From the NCBI GenBank assembly GCA_964276515.1, contig OZ193909.1, forward strand, positions 1,612,001 to 1,676,000: a stretch of 64,000 bases of DNA, in the 5' to 3' direction. Positions 50,591-62,200 of the stretch are shown in pieces (the stretch's first letter is position 1; the number at the start of each line of letters is the position of its first letter). The notes under the pieces are model-generated. The model ran no database searches, was not told where the DNA came from, and saw nothing but the letters and a program-made list of their open reading frames with translations. Both the position numbers and the translations under genes were made by a program. This stretch comes from Gordius albopunctatus (lineage: Eukaryota).

Positions 50591-52201
50591 TGTTACACAG
50601 ACAATTTGACTTGTTATTGCAATACTTGTGGGATAGAAAATATGTGTATAACCGATGGAACCTGTGTAAAATCAACTACACCTTCATCCACTAAGACCGT
50701 TTATGGGTAAAATATAAATTTTAAAGGGCTAAATAAGATAGTATGTTGAATTTATGATATTATTATTATAACACAATAATTTCTACTAAGGCTTAATTGG
50801 CTCATTATAAATATTAAAACTGGACTTTTAAATTTAACAATGACCATTATCTACTAGTTAATAAAATCATTATAAATTAAACCTTTAATTGAATATTGGT
50901 CAATTGTATAAATAGACAGGCTTTTAGTAAATTTACTGTAAATGACATTCATACAATAAATTACTGTTTACTGAGTGTTTGAACATTTAGATGCTTTTCT
51001 AAATTGACTGCCAACGCTTCTTGTCAAGCCTATCGAACTTCTTATTTACCTCAAGCGAATGTCGAAATCCTTTGCTGTGATGGAGGGAATTGGTGCAATT
51101 TTGAGGATGATGAAAATTTAGAAACTAATCCCTTAGGTTATAATTAATTTAGATTGCAAAAATTTGTGAACCAACTGATAAATTATATTTAAAAGAGTAG
51201 ATAGATAATGTCTTAATGCTTTTAAAAATTATATTGTTAGTAATATGACCTTTAGAAAAGTTGAGTATTTTATACCAACGAAATTCATAAAATATTTATA
51301 TTTTCAAAGAAAGGTTATGGCAATAAAAGTTAATTGAATTTTCGGTTGTTACTCTTACAATATTAACTTTCCAAACGTAAAACGAAGTTAACGTGTTTAA
51401 AATATTAACCCAAACCTTAGAAATGATTGATTCCATTTAAACTCAAAAAAGTAATTATGAATAATGACACTTAAATAAATTTTAAAGCCTCAAGTTTGCC
51501 ATTAATTTTATAATTTAACCTTTAGTGAATCGAGAATTTAGAATCAAAAGCATAAGATTTGAAAGACAGGCAAAAAATCAATCGCACGCGCTTTACAGCA
51601 TCAAAATAAGGAATAATGCGCTTGGAAAGTATTACATCCTTATCGACTCAAAGTTCACAAGCCTGAATTCCTACAGTGTTTTATCGGTATATCTTAATTT
51701 TATTTTTCCTTCTTTCATTTTCTTACAAGCCCAATTTGCAATGTTGAAATTTCAAAATGCAGTTTTTACGTTTTTTTAAATGAGCTTAGGAACAGAGTAT
51801 CATTAAATGGTTTGCAAACTGTGTTTGAATTTTGGTCTAATCAAAAATTCTAAGCTTGAGAGGCGAAGGAGAAATTGATCTAACAAGAATATTTAATACC
51901 ATTTCAAATATTAAGACTAAGCACTTTCAAAATAAAAACTTTTACAATTAATATTTTAATAACTTTAAGAAATATGCAAGCATTTACAAATTTTAAAATA
52001 ATCTAGATTCAACCATTTATAATATTCAGATAAATTATTGTCATATAGAGTTCTGGAGAGGTGTCAGTCATGACTAGATATAACCACTTATACAATATAA
52101 CCATAATGCCTCTACTTAAACATATTCCTCTACGACATCTATCGAGATCTATATATTTCTCAATAAGTACGGGTATCATATTTTTGTTAATTAAAATATA
52201 A
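47825..52201 (+). CDS. Multi-exon gene with two tandem activin/TGF-beta type I receptor-like (three-finger) ectodomains, a hydrophobic C-terminus and no kinase; first exon uncertain
   Basis: Exons 48038-48146 and 48373-48527 give LWCYCTNC...CKIDDGFC...YG|CIG...LC...CCASDWCN. Exons 50601-50706 and 50991-51136 give LTCYCNTC...CITDGTC...YG|CF...C...CCDGGNWCN. Each domain has 10 Cys and the same phase-2 intron at YG|C. Linker exon 48899-48928 and tentative 3' exons 51526-51686 and 52049-52201 stay in frame. Confidence 0.7.
48558..48721. mobile_element. hAT-type MITE in an intron
   Basis: Ends AATGGGCTTAGC / GCTATGCCCATG with 8-bp TSD AACTTTTT. Also present in the duplicate copy near 61940-62100. 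Confidence 0.7.
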
Positions 52202-52721
52202 TTTGTAATATGTGATAATAATTTATCTATTTGCTTTGTTAAATCTTAATAAAGCCTGGTTACCAGATGAATTAAGGCACAACCCTAGAGTATTCACTGC
52301 CATAGTTTGTCACGTGTGTGAAATAAGTATGCTAAATTATGCGTGCCAGAATTGTGAAAAATTTGAAGAGCATACATATAATATCATATGGATCCTCCAT
52401 TAGCAAATACTATGAATGTCATTAAAACATATTTAACATTTAATCCCATTTTTCTTAAGTTATAATTATCCTTATTTGTTCATTTTTATATAATAATAAA
52501 TATAGTTGATGAAATATCCCAATAGAAGTGTCGGCTAAATTGAACAACGCTGTTTATATATTTTTGAAATTAAACGTTTCTTTTCTTATAACCATCTTTG
52601 AATATTATCATTTAACGAATTGCTAATAATAAAAGACACATTGTTCATATTTTAATAGGAGGAAAAAATAAAATCAATATTTAGTCAAGTTATATAATGT
52701 AGGGAAGCAGTTTAGAGTTAT

Positions 52722-52765
52722 GCTCTGGTAGCTCAGTCGGTAGAGCGCTATGTTCTAGCGCAACA
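52722..52765 (+). other. tRNA-derived 5' half (A-box), possibly a SINE head
   Basis: GCTCTGGTAGCTCAGTCGGTAGAGCG resembles a tRNA acceptor 5' strand plus D-arm. No B-box or T-arm follows. Confidence 0.4.
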
Positions 52766-53819
52766 CCGATCTATATAACTTCCTTCATTTAACCGATACT
52801 ATTAACCACGTGTTATTTTTCGCCAATCTTCGGAAACCATTATTAAAACCTCTACCCTACACAGCTTGATTTCAGCTTATCAGCCAAACCAAATACCCTA
52901 CCACCTGCAGTGTGGCCCTGTAACTTACCCTTGTTTGTATAAATACCACCTATAACCATACATTTCATTAATTTGTTTAGACCTTTCATCAGTGTGCATT
53001 CAATCAAATTCAAATAAAGGCATCTAATTACCCTCAGTATACTTTTAATTACATACCATGCGATATACACCATAAAACTAACAAATTTAACTTCACACCA
53101 AAAAAATGATATAAACATTTGAAATATTTCAACACATAAAAATGCCCCGAATTTAATAATAAACATAACAACACTGAATATGAAAATTCTGTTTAGAGTA
53201 ACGATATTTAAAAACTCAGAGATTTAATTTAAATAATTTAAATATTAACATAAAAAGCATATAAACGACACGCAAAAATCCGAACAAAAAATATAAATTT
53301 AAGAATAATTATAAAACCTGCATGGTTTTTACCCACTTCAAGTAACATCTGTCCGACACACTCGCGCTCGATGCCCCGGCAATTTACACAAAAAAATCTC
53401 ATCCTCCCGTCCCCTCTATCATTGCTCTCCCAACAATTATTTTGCTTATGCCCATCTTATTACATCGGTAACACCTTTTATCGTCTATTCTCATACAATA
53501 AAACTTACAAAAATTTCCAAAAAAACACATATTATATAGTAAATATAATGCTCATCCGAAGTATTAATTTTGCGAATATACATAATTAAATTATTGCTAA
53601 CTTTATAATAGTAAATAATTACTTTTAAGCACAATTTCAAGATAACCTTCTTAATATCTTGGACGCTTAGAAAAATACATAAAATGATAAAAAAAATGTA
53701 ATTGTATACATTTAATCTTTAATGGATCGCTTAACTTCTATGAGAGTGGTTGAGGAAAAGATGGACGCGAGTTCCATGTTCGTATTGACTCATCTTAACC
53801 TGAGAAAATTTCCTTGTTA

Positions 53820-54112
53820 TTGTTTTTTTTTAATTGTTAAAATGCTTTTATTCGGTAAAATTGATACATGAAATATACAATAAACGAGCGTAAAATAATA
53901 TTATAAATAAAAAAATGATTCATCATATTCGTCAATAGCCAACACGGGGGCCACGAGTCAGATAAAGATTTGTAATTATATTTAGCTATCAAAATGCCAA
54001 TTTTTTGGCGTAAAATAAAGCTGGGCGAGTATTTAGCTTTGGGGGATCGGTTTCCTATCGATTTAAAAAAAGCTAATGCTTTTTTGCCAAAAGTAGCCGA
54101 ACAAGCGGGTTT
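53820..54112 (-). mobile_element. CRE-clade 3'-terminal fragment
   Basis: PACSATFGKKALAFFKSIG...LRQKIGILIAKYN matches the C-termini of the other CRE copies. Poly(T) on the plus strand at about 53823. Confidence 0.75.
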
Positions 54113-54169
54113 GATTAAAAAGGAGTCATATTTCAAATGGGATGAGCATCCATAACTTAACAGAATATA

Positions 54170-55156
54170 GTTGGAGTTATCTTATCATAAACACACATGT
54201 GGGTTATTTTCAATATAAACGTATGCCTTTTGGATTAGCATCGGCACCCATAATATTTCAAAGATATATGGATAATTTGCTAAGTGATTGTAAAAAGACC
54301 GCAGTATATTTGGATGATGTTATAATAACGGGTGATGGTGATAACGAACATATACGAAATTTAATTGCTCTCTTAAGAAAATTCAAGAAGGCGGGATTAA
54401 GAGCTAAGCTAGACAAAGTTAATTTTTAGAAGAATCAGTACAGTTCTTAGGATATCAGATAGATAAATATGTAATACACCCGAAGGCAGATAAAGTGAAA
54501 GCAATTAGAGAAGCGCCAACGCCAAAAACATCCACGAATTAAGAGCAACTGGAAAGTCACCAGCCAAATTTATGCTCGGTAGACGAAACCGGACCCTTTT
54601 GGATTGGATTAGATCCAATACTAGAACTACTCTAGAAAACAATAGAGAAAAGCAAGATTGTTATCACGACAAGGGTTTGAGTTCACGAGAATTTTCAAAT
54701 AGCCAGCTAGTGTGGGTAAAAAATGAAATTAGACCTAGTTGGAAGGGAGGCATGGTATTACAACGAAATGGAATATGGTCATATATAGTGTAAAGTCAAG
54801 GAAAACAAATAAGGAAGCACGCGGATCAATTACGAAAAAGAATTACCAACTTTCACTCGGAGGAGACATTAAATATACCAAATCAGGATATACAAGTTCA
54901 AGACCCGTGTATTGTGGAAGAAGAGTGTGATCAAATCCAAGACCCATTTATTGTGGAAGAGGAGGGTGATGAAAACGTTAGTAATAGGACAAGAAAATCA
55001 AAAGAAGTTGATCGTAATGTAGAGAGCTCGTCGCAGGACGTTTTAAATATACTAGAAGAGATTCAAATACCGCAGAAAAAAAGAAAGCAGGTTACACAGG
55101 GCACCGCTTAGATTAATCGAGGAAATGTAATGTCTGTCAACGAAAGGGGGACAAAT
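54170..55156 (+). mobile_element. Gypsy (Mag-like) remnant: RT joined by deletion to the integrase C-terminus, PPT, then probable LTR start
   Basis: INTHVGYFQYKRMPFG, YLDD, then MLGRRNRTLLDWIR..WVKNE. PPT AAAGGGGGA followed by TGTAGT. Confidence 0.8.
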
Positions 55157-56179
55157 GTAGTATTATTATTGTAATGTATTGTACCACATTGTTAACAATA
55201 ACTATCCCCTACCCCTCCCATCCTCTCTTAACTTATGCATATGCGTCATAGCATAGTAATTAGTAGCGCATCGCCTCCCATACAAAATAATATTTAGGTG
55301 ATGTGGGGTTCTAGGGGGGGGGGGGGGACGGGGTTGGGAGCGGGGTGGAACAGGGATGGAGCAAGGCGACTAGCCTTACTATTCGGGTGTGAATATTTTG
55401 GAGCAAGGGTATCCCCATGCTGGGTTGTGTGAGAACGAGAAGGGAAAGAGAAGGGGGGGCGAGAGTTACATACACATACAGTAGCTTATATATAAAGGGC
55501 AATGCGTAAAAGGATATAATGTGTTCATCTAAATTAAAATCGTTTACAGATGGGAATAACCTAAATAATACATATACATTTATTATTACGATATAGTCGA
55601 GTATCTATTTGATATTATTATTTTATATATTGATATTAGGATACAATATTATTTTAATTTCTTTTTTAAATCTAAACAAATGATAATTATTAATTTAAAA
55701 AAATTACTTAGTGACTGTAGTTCAGTCAAAATATTAGGATATAAAAACCATACCTTGACCTTTGTCAGGGTTTTGGGATTCATTCCGACCTAAGGGTTTG
55801 GGCTAGAGTTTGAATCTAGCCCCAAAATTTTAGTTTGGGATCTTGGGCAACCCTTAGGTGGATGCAAAACCCAGGCTAAACCTGAAAGGTTTTAGGTTAG
55901 AGGTTTGAAAACAACCTTACCTAAAACCTCAGGCTTGGGTTCATAAAACCGCGGGTTTTCCCATCACTATATGTAATTATAAAATTCATATGATGGATCT
56001 TTTTCTAACAAAGCAATTACTTTCCCTTTGTAAATAGGAGAATTATAAATCTGTTTACTTTCTATTTTTTTCTGTAGTAAATTTGTTAGTTACAAATAAT
56101 TAAAATAAGAATAAATAAATATTTAGTGTTTTAAATAATAATCTTACTAAAAGCAATAAATAAAGGTTTATAGGTTTAC

Positions 56180-56364
56180 CTTTGCTGGAAAATCAATAAT
56201 TGTTGGAATGGCATCATCTCTCAATTGTTGATAGTTTGTTGAAGTTGGATATTTACGGGGTAAAATAATAAGAGCATACAATAAGATAATACTTACTCAT
56301 GGAAAGAATATGGTTTATCCCGGCTTCTTCTGTTGGAACCAAATGGCACAGCGCAGAATGTCAT
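56180..56364 (-). pseudogene. Second THAP-domain remnant
   Basis: MTFCAVPFGSNRRSRDKPYSFHE|GTAAGT ... QLRDDAIPTIIDFPAK|GTAAAC. Same exon structure and upstream TATTTCAACTATG as 10172-10481. Confidence 0.6.
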
Positions 56365-57224
56365 AGTTGAAATACAACTGTTGTAGTCTTTAAAATAGCG
56401 AAAAATTTGACACACACATGGGCGTTGCCAGGTTTTGGATTGGGGGGGGGGCGAAGCGTTTAAAATTTTAATCAGGGGGAGGGGGTAAAACCTAATTTTT
56501 TTATTTTTAAGGGTTTTTGCATTGGAAAAAATGTATTTGTATATCATTTTCTGCAGATTATATTATTGCTATAATTATATATTTTAATATTTTAATCCAA
56601 ATCCGAGTTGGTTACTAATATATGTTTTTATTCTTATCCTTATAATTATTTATTTTAGTTTCCACACCCCGGCCCTAGATACCGATAAAATTATCTTATT
56701 ATTAGTTTATTATTATTATTATTAATGAGATTACAATAAGAACTTATGATGTTATTTCAATGTAAAAGGAAACATTATTCTATGGATGTGGGGAGGATAG
56801 GATTATTCTCCAGGTCCATAAATTCAGAAGATCCAGTATGCCAGGAACACCCTAATACTTTAAATGAAAAACCATATATCAGTTCGACCCCTGCCACTAG
56901 CTTCCCCAAAACCAACTTTTCCAAATCCTCACACTCCAACCCTCCATATTTCCCCATATAACAATTTCCACCCCATCTCACCTTCCCAGCTAACCAATTC
57001 TTGGAAATAGCTCCCCAGAACCCAATTTGCCAAGTCTACACCCTCCAACCCTCCATATTTCCCCTTCTGATAATTTCCACTCCTTCTCACCCTTACAGCT
57101 AACCCCTTTCAAGAGTTTATTAAATGTTATACATTGTTGATGGAGCACATGAGAATGTCAAAGAACAAAACCAGAGGGAGCCTTCCATTTTTAAAGGGAA
57201 AAATGTCGTATATGTGAATACGTG

Positions 57225-58805
57225 TATTTGTATATCATTTTCTACAGATTATATTATTGCTTAAATTATATTTTTTATTATTGTACCCAAATCCGAGCTG
57301 ATAATTAAAATATGTTTTTATTCTTATCTTTATAGTTATCCTTTGTTCTTTAGTTTCCACACCCCGGCCCTAGATACTAATAAAATTATCTTATTATTAG
57401 TTTATTATTATTCTTATTAAATAGTGAGAACTAGTTTTAAGGAATTGTATCTAAATTTTTATTGGTAACTTTTAAAATTGCCACATTTGTATTCAATAAT
57501 CTATGCATTTATTTAATCCTTAAATGTTTGTTAATAACTATGGGTATGGGTGTAGTTTATTGAAAAAATCAATATGAAAAATATTGCCTATTTTCATATT
57601 TCAAGGTTTTAATTAAATAAGGTGTCAACGTATCGGACTATGACGACGAGGATCCGTATATCAAAAATATATAATAAATTTGTAAACTAATATTAAATAA
57701 TAACCTAACCAGGGGCATATTGATCGTCGGTGCTAATTGAGCCTGAGGAAAATAAAATAAAAATTATTTATATTTTTCGCTGAGTCTCATATATTTAACA
57801 AATTTGCTGATATCCATTCGTCTCATCAGTGTATCGTCTGTATTTAATTTGGGTGCAAGTTAGTCTGCAGCCAAATTAAAATAACCACTAAAAGTTACTT
57901 AATTAAAAAATATAAAGAAAAAACATTTAGCACATCATACTGTAAATTATTATTTTTTGCAATAAATTATTGTTTGATGGCTCAGGTCACGAATGGCTAG
58001 AGGTCTACCCAAGCTGTGTCGGATGATGCTGGAGGACTCGGAACCTTCGTATAGCTCTCAAGCTAGGGGTGAAATTTTCGAAGCCATTTATTTGACGAAA
58101 TTATAGCATACTCTTAGACGAACAAGCCAGGCATACCTTACACTGCCTGGCAAACAAATTCAAATATGTTAGGCACAATAAGGTTAATGCATTAATTCAA
58201 AGTGTTCTGAAGAGGGCAAAGATCCCATCCATCTTGGAGCCATCGGACGCCTCCTTGGAGGGACGTATCCGTCCGGATGGATCTTCTTTACTCCCATGGA
58301 GCAATGGTCTTCACCTTAAATGGGACTACACATATATAGATCTATTTGCCCCCTCTAACTACAACAATAATTTTTTAGCTGTTGCAGAGGGGCAGAAAAC
58401 AAATAAATACAAAGCTCTATTATCCTCAAACATTTGTATTCCATTGGTTGCTTCGTGTTCAGGCACCTTTGGCAAACAGGCCTCAGCTTTTTTTAAAGAG
58501 GTAGGAAGACGTTCTCCCCCGTCTAAACACTCGGTATCCTTTTTTCTTAAACAAAGACTCGATATTCTTATGGCCAAGTACAATTTTAAATCATTCGCGG
58601 ATTCTTGGCCAATTTCGGAAGATTCCCTTGATGATGCTTTATCAAAATAGTTTATCGTTTCATTTGACGCATTTTGTGTTTTATATTTCGTGTATTTTTA
58701 TTTTTCGTATTCCTAAGAGGATACGTATAAAAAAAATTTGAAGGATAAACAGGAATATAATGGGAAAATTGAGGAAAGGATAAGGGAATATATTGGGACG
58801 GGGGG
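57225..58805 (+). repeat. Paralogue of 20810-21084 plus 23917-25045 lacking the MULE; includes a CRE fragment at 57970-58737
   Basis: Sequence left and right of the MULE is contiguous here: ...AATATTGCCTATTTTCATATTTCAAGG... ORF 58234-58650 contains RPDG. Confidence 0.88.
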
Positions 58806-59259
58806 AATTCGCGCTTTTTCTATTATACAAACAATTGAGTTGGAACAAAAAAATCTACAATTTTATTAAGTAAAGAAATTGATATCCAAAGTTAGATCAA
58901 CGAGAAAAAATAGAATTATTGGAATGGTGGAAAGACCACACTGGTCAATTTCCAGCGCTTAGCTCCCTTGTTTTAAGATTTTTTCAACACCTGCTCATCT
59001 GCCTAGAGTGAGAGGTGTTTTTCGTCACCGAGCTGCATTTATGAAAAACAGAGAACAAATTTAAACGCGTAAATTTTTAATGCCTGTGTTTTTTGCATCA
59101 AAATAGTTCCATCTAGAGTTGTTAAATCGCTAACTTTCTACAAGTCCAGCTACCATCTGCTCGAGTTTCTGCTCGGCCCTCGAGCATTTTTATATGGTAC
59201 TGTTCTGCCTAGTGCACCGAACAGCGAACAAATATTGTGCTAATGCGCATATAAAGCAA

Positions 59260-62200
59260 ATGCGTGCCCTCTCCGTGTCTCCAACGTTAAACCACCGTGT
59301 GACTACTTCCATCGCGGAGCTAAGGTTTCTTTTGAAAACTCTGTCCAGGACCATATACTTGGTTCACGCTTGACCGATTGCCTTCTTTTTGCTAATGCGG
59401 TCATTAAGTTGCAAGTTCTGCAACATTTCGCTAAGGGAACGCGTCGCACGTGGACTGATACCGATTTGCTCCCCCTTTTCATTGGTACCTAAACTTCAAT
59501 GCCCCCCCCCTTTACCGCCTGTAGCGCCAAATTATTTTTGATCGTCGTTTGCCGGATAATATTATCCACGACCTCCTTTGTTGTCTCAGGCTCTCGCGCG
59601 TTTTGATAATCAACGAGGTTCATGCAGTAGAGCTCTATGGCTATTCTCGAGTTCCAGTGCACCCGTTCCCATATCTCTTTACGGAACTCTTTTATCCAAT
59701 TGATACCGAGCAAAGGCGGTCGTTAACATCTGCCACTAACAGTGGCAGGGTTTTCCGCGTCTGGCCTAGCCGGGTCCTGACCTTTACATCTGCAATTATT
59801 TTTATTTCTCTATCACCATGTCCGTAGATGGTCGACGTGGGTTCGACGGTTGGTAGGGTCTCCCTCGAAAGTTTGCTCGGCACGATCTTAACTGAAGAGT
59901 TCCAATAAAAATTGAACCAAATTATTATTAACATATAAATCGATAGTTAAAATATCTTAAGCATAGGTGAACCTGGTCAGGTTATGGCCCGCTCTTGACA
60001 TATCCACCGCGAACGCTTCTTCCGCTAGCCGGTGAACGGCTCTTAGCCCCTCCTCGATATCTTCCATTCCTAGCGCTAACTCGATGGCCCTGTCCCATTT
60101 TACGTCTCTTTCGGCCATCAATCTGGCTTGAACCGTCGGATTCTGAAACCCCAGAATAAATTTTTTCCTCAACCTGTTGGGTCCCCCTTGTGAAGTCGCA
60201 GTCTCTTGATGCAGATTTTAGTCTGCGTCCCATTTGAATTATCGGATCCCCTTCCATTTGTCTGATGCTTTCTAGTCGAAATCTTTGAGCCATGGGCATT
60301 TTTTTACTTTGAATAGTTTATTCAAACTGTTCTTTAATTCCTGGAATGCCCATTCAGGAGGGTAGTCTGGAATGGCATCCTCTGCCACCACCTGAAAGGC
60401 TTCAGTTGATAGACAAGTTAGCAGCTTGCAAGACTTTTGGGCACCAGTCGCTGGAATTGTTGGCTTATGACGTGAACTTCAAACTGCAAAAAAAGAACTC
60501 CAACCTCCCAATTTATAGAATTCCATGTAGGTTTAAATCCTACTCACCACGCCAATTTGTTGATGAAGGCAGGAACGATTGTTTTAGAGAAACCATCACA
60601 ATTAACACTCTATACGGAGGAGGGACTACAACTGACAATAAGCGATAAATGTATTCAAATTAGGTGCTCAACACACAATTAATATTGGCTCGTGAGAATA
60701 AACGAAATACAAATAATACATCACTCGAAATATTACACACACTTAATCTCGCAATCTTTCAGCCCGCAACAAAAATCTTGATATATAATTTTGCCAGTGT
60801 CCTTTATTTTTTTTAAATTATAAAAATATGGTTAACTTATTAGTCTGCCTAAAAGAAACTGGCTAATTTTAATTTTTTCGATGTTGCATAATATTTTTGT
60901 CACAAATTTTACAATAAGTAGAAACTTAAATAAATTCGCAAGTTTTGGTTTTATTAACGAAAATTATTGTTGTAAATTTGTCAGTTCAGTTAGGTTATAT
61001 AAGATAATAAGCTTAATAAAAATAAAAGGTATGTTAATTAAATAATGCAATTAGATTTATGAAAAGTTCATGATGTTTTTATTGTTTTACTATAACAATG
61101 CATATTCGATTAAAATACCTTTCATACTTTACATCAATTTAGCTAATCAAAATAATAAATATTTTATTATTGCTTTTTATTTTAACTTTTGAAACATAAA
61201 ATAGCAAATATGTTAAATTATCGAAAATGTCTTACAAGTAAGAATGAGAATTTCCATATAAATATATAATTAGTTTTAATAATGTTACAGCTTTTAGAGC
61301 TCAGAAGAGGTAAATGTAATTAATTTTAGTTTTAAATTATGAATACAACTATATAATAAACATCTAATATATATTTTTTCAAGTATTATGCTAAATTTTT
61401 TGAATTTTCCCCAATAGCCGAGTTGTGGTGCTATTGTACGAACTGTGAAGAAAATTTGCCATATTGTAAAATCGAAGATGGCTTTTGCTATACTAACCAT
61501 TATAACAGAAGTGAAATAGAATACGGGTATAACTTCATAAAGCAACTAAAAATTGTTGATTTATACTTTTAAAAGCTAGCTAACTTAAAATTTATCGAGG
61601 TTACAATTTTATATTAATTTATGAATAAGGAAAATAATGATTTACTACCAAATATCGCCTTTTATTGTCCTTTTTAAAAATTTTTCATATGATAGATTAC
61701 TCATTATGAAATGCTACCTCGGATTTAAATAACTATGAATATTTCTAATTAGATGTATAGGTACTAATTTATCTTACAACTTATGTCCAGTGGCGCCTAG
61801 TCGTCAACTGGACTATGAGGATCTAGTGTTAGTGCCAAGAATGCAATGCTGTGATTCGGATTGGTGCAATACAAACTCTAGCATGATGAGAACTACTCAA
61901 CTTAATAGTATATAATTCAAATTAATATAAACTTTTTAATGGGCTTAGCGAGGATTGCGATTAGAGGGGGGCAATAATGATTTAGGGAGGGGCCAAATGA
62001 TCATTTTTTGAAACTTTAGCCATAATTTTAATAAATTTCAACAAATTTTTAAATTTAGAGGGCGCAGCCGCCCCTCCCTGCCCCCTTGGCTATGCCCATG
62101 AACTTTTTTATTTCAGGAATACAAAAATTTTGAATTTATTAAAATGGTCCTAATATATTAGTTTTTAGCTTAAAATGCTTTGAATCCTATTTTAAAAATT

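Noticed and set aside
52722..52800. Functional tRNA gene
   Set aside because: Only the 5' half and A-box are recognisable; there is no GTTCRA T-loop or matching acceptor stem.
55311..55502. G-rich islands (also 15230-15300 and 49950-50050) as genes or regulatory RNAs
   Set aside because: Two of them directly follow Gypsy 3' remnants and are best explained as LTR-internal sequence; there is no coding or structural support.
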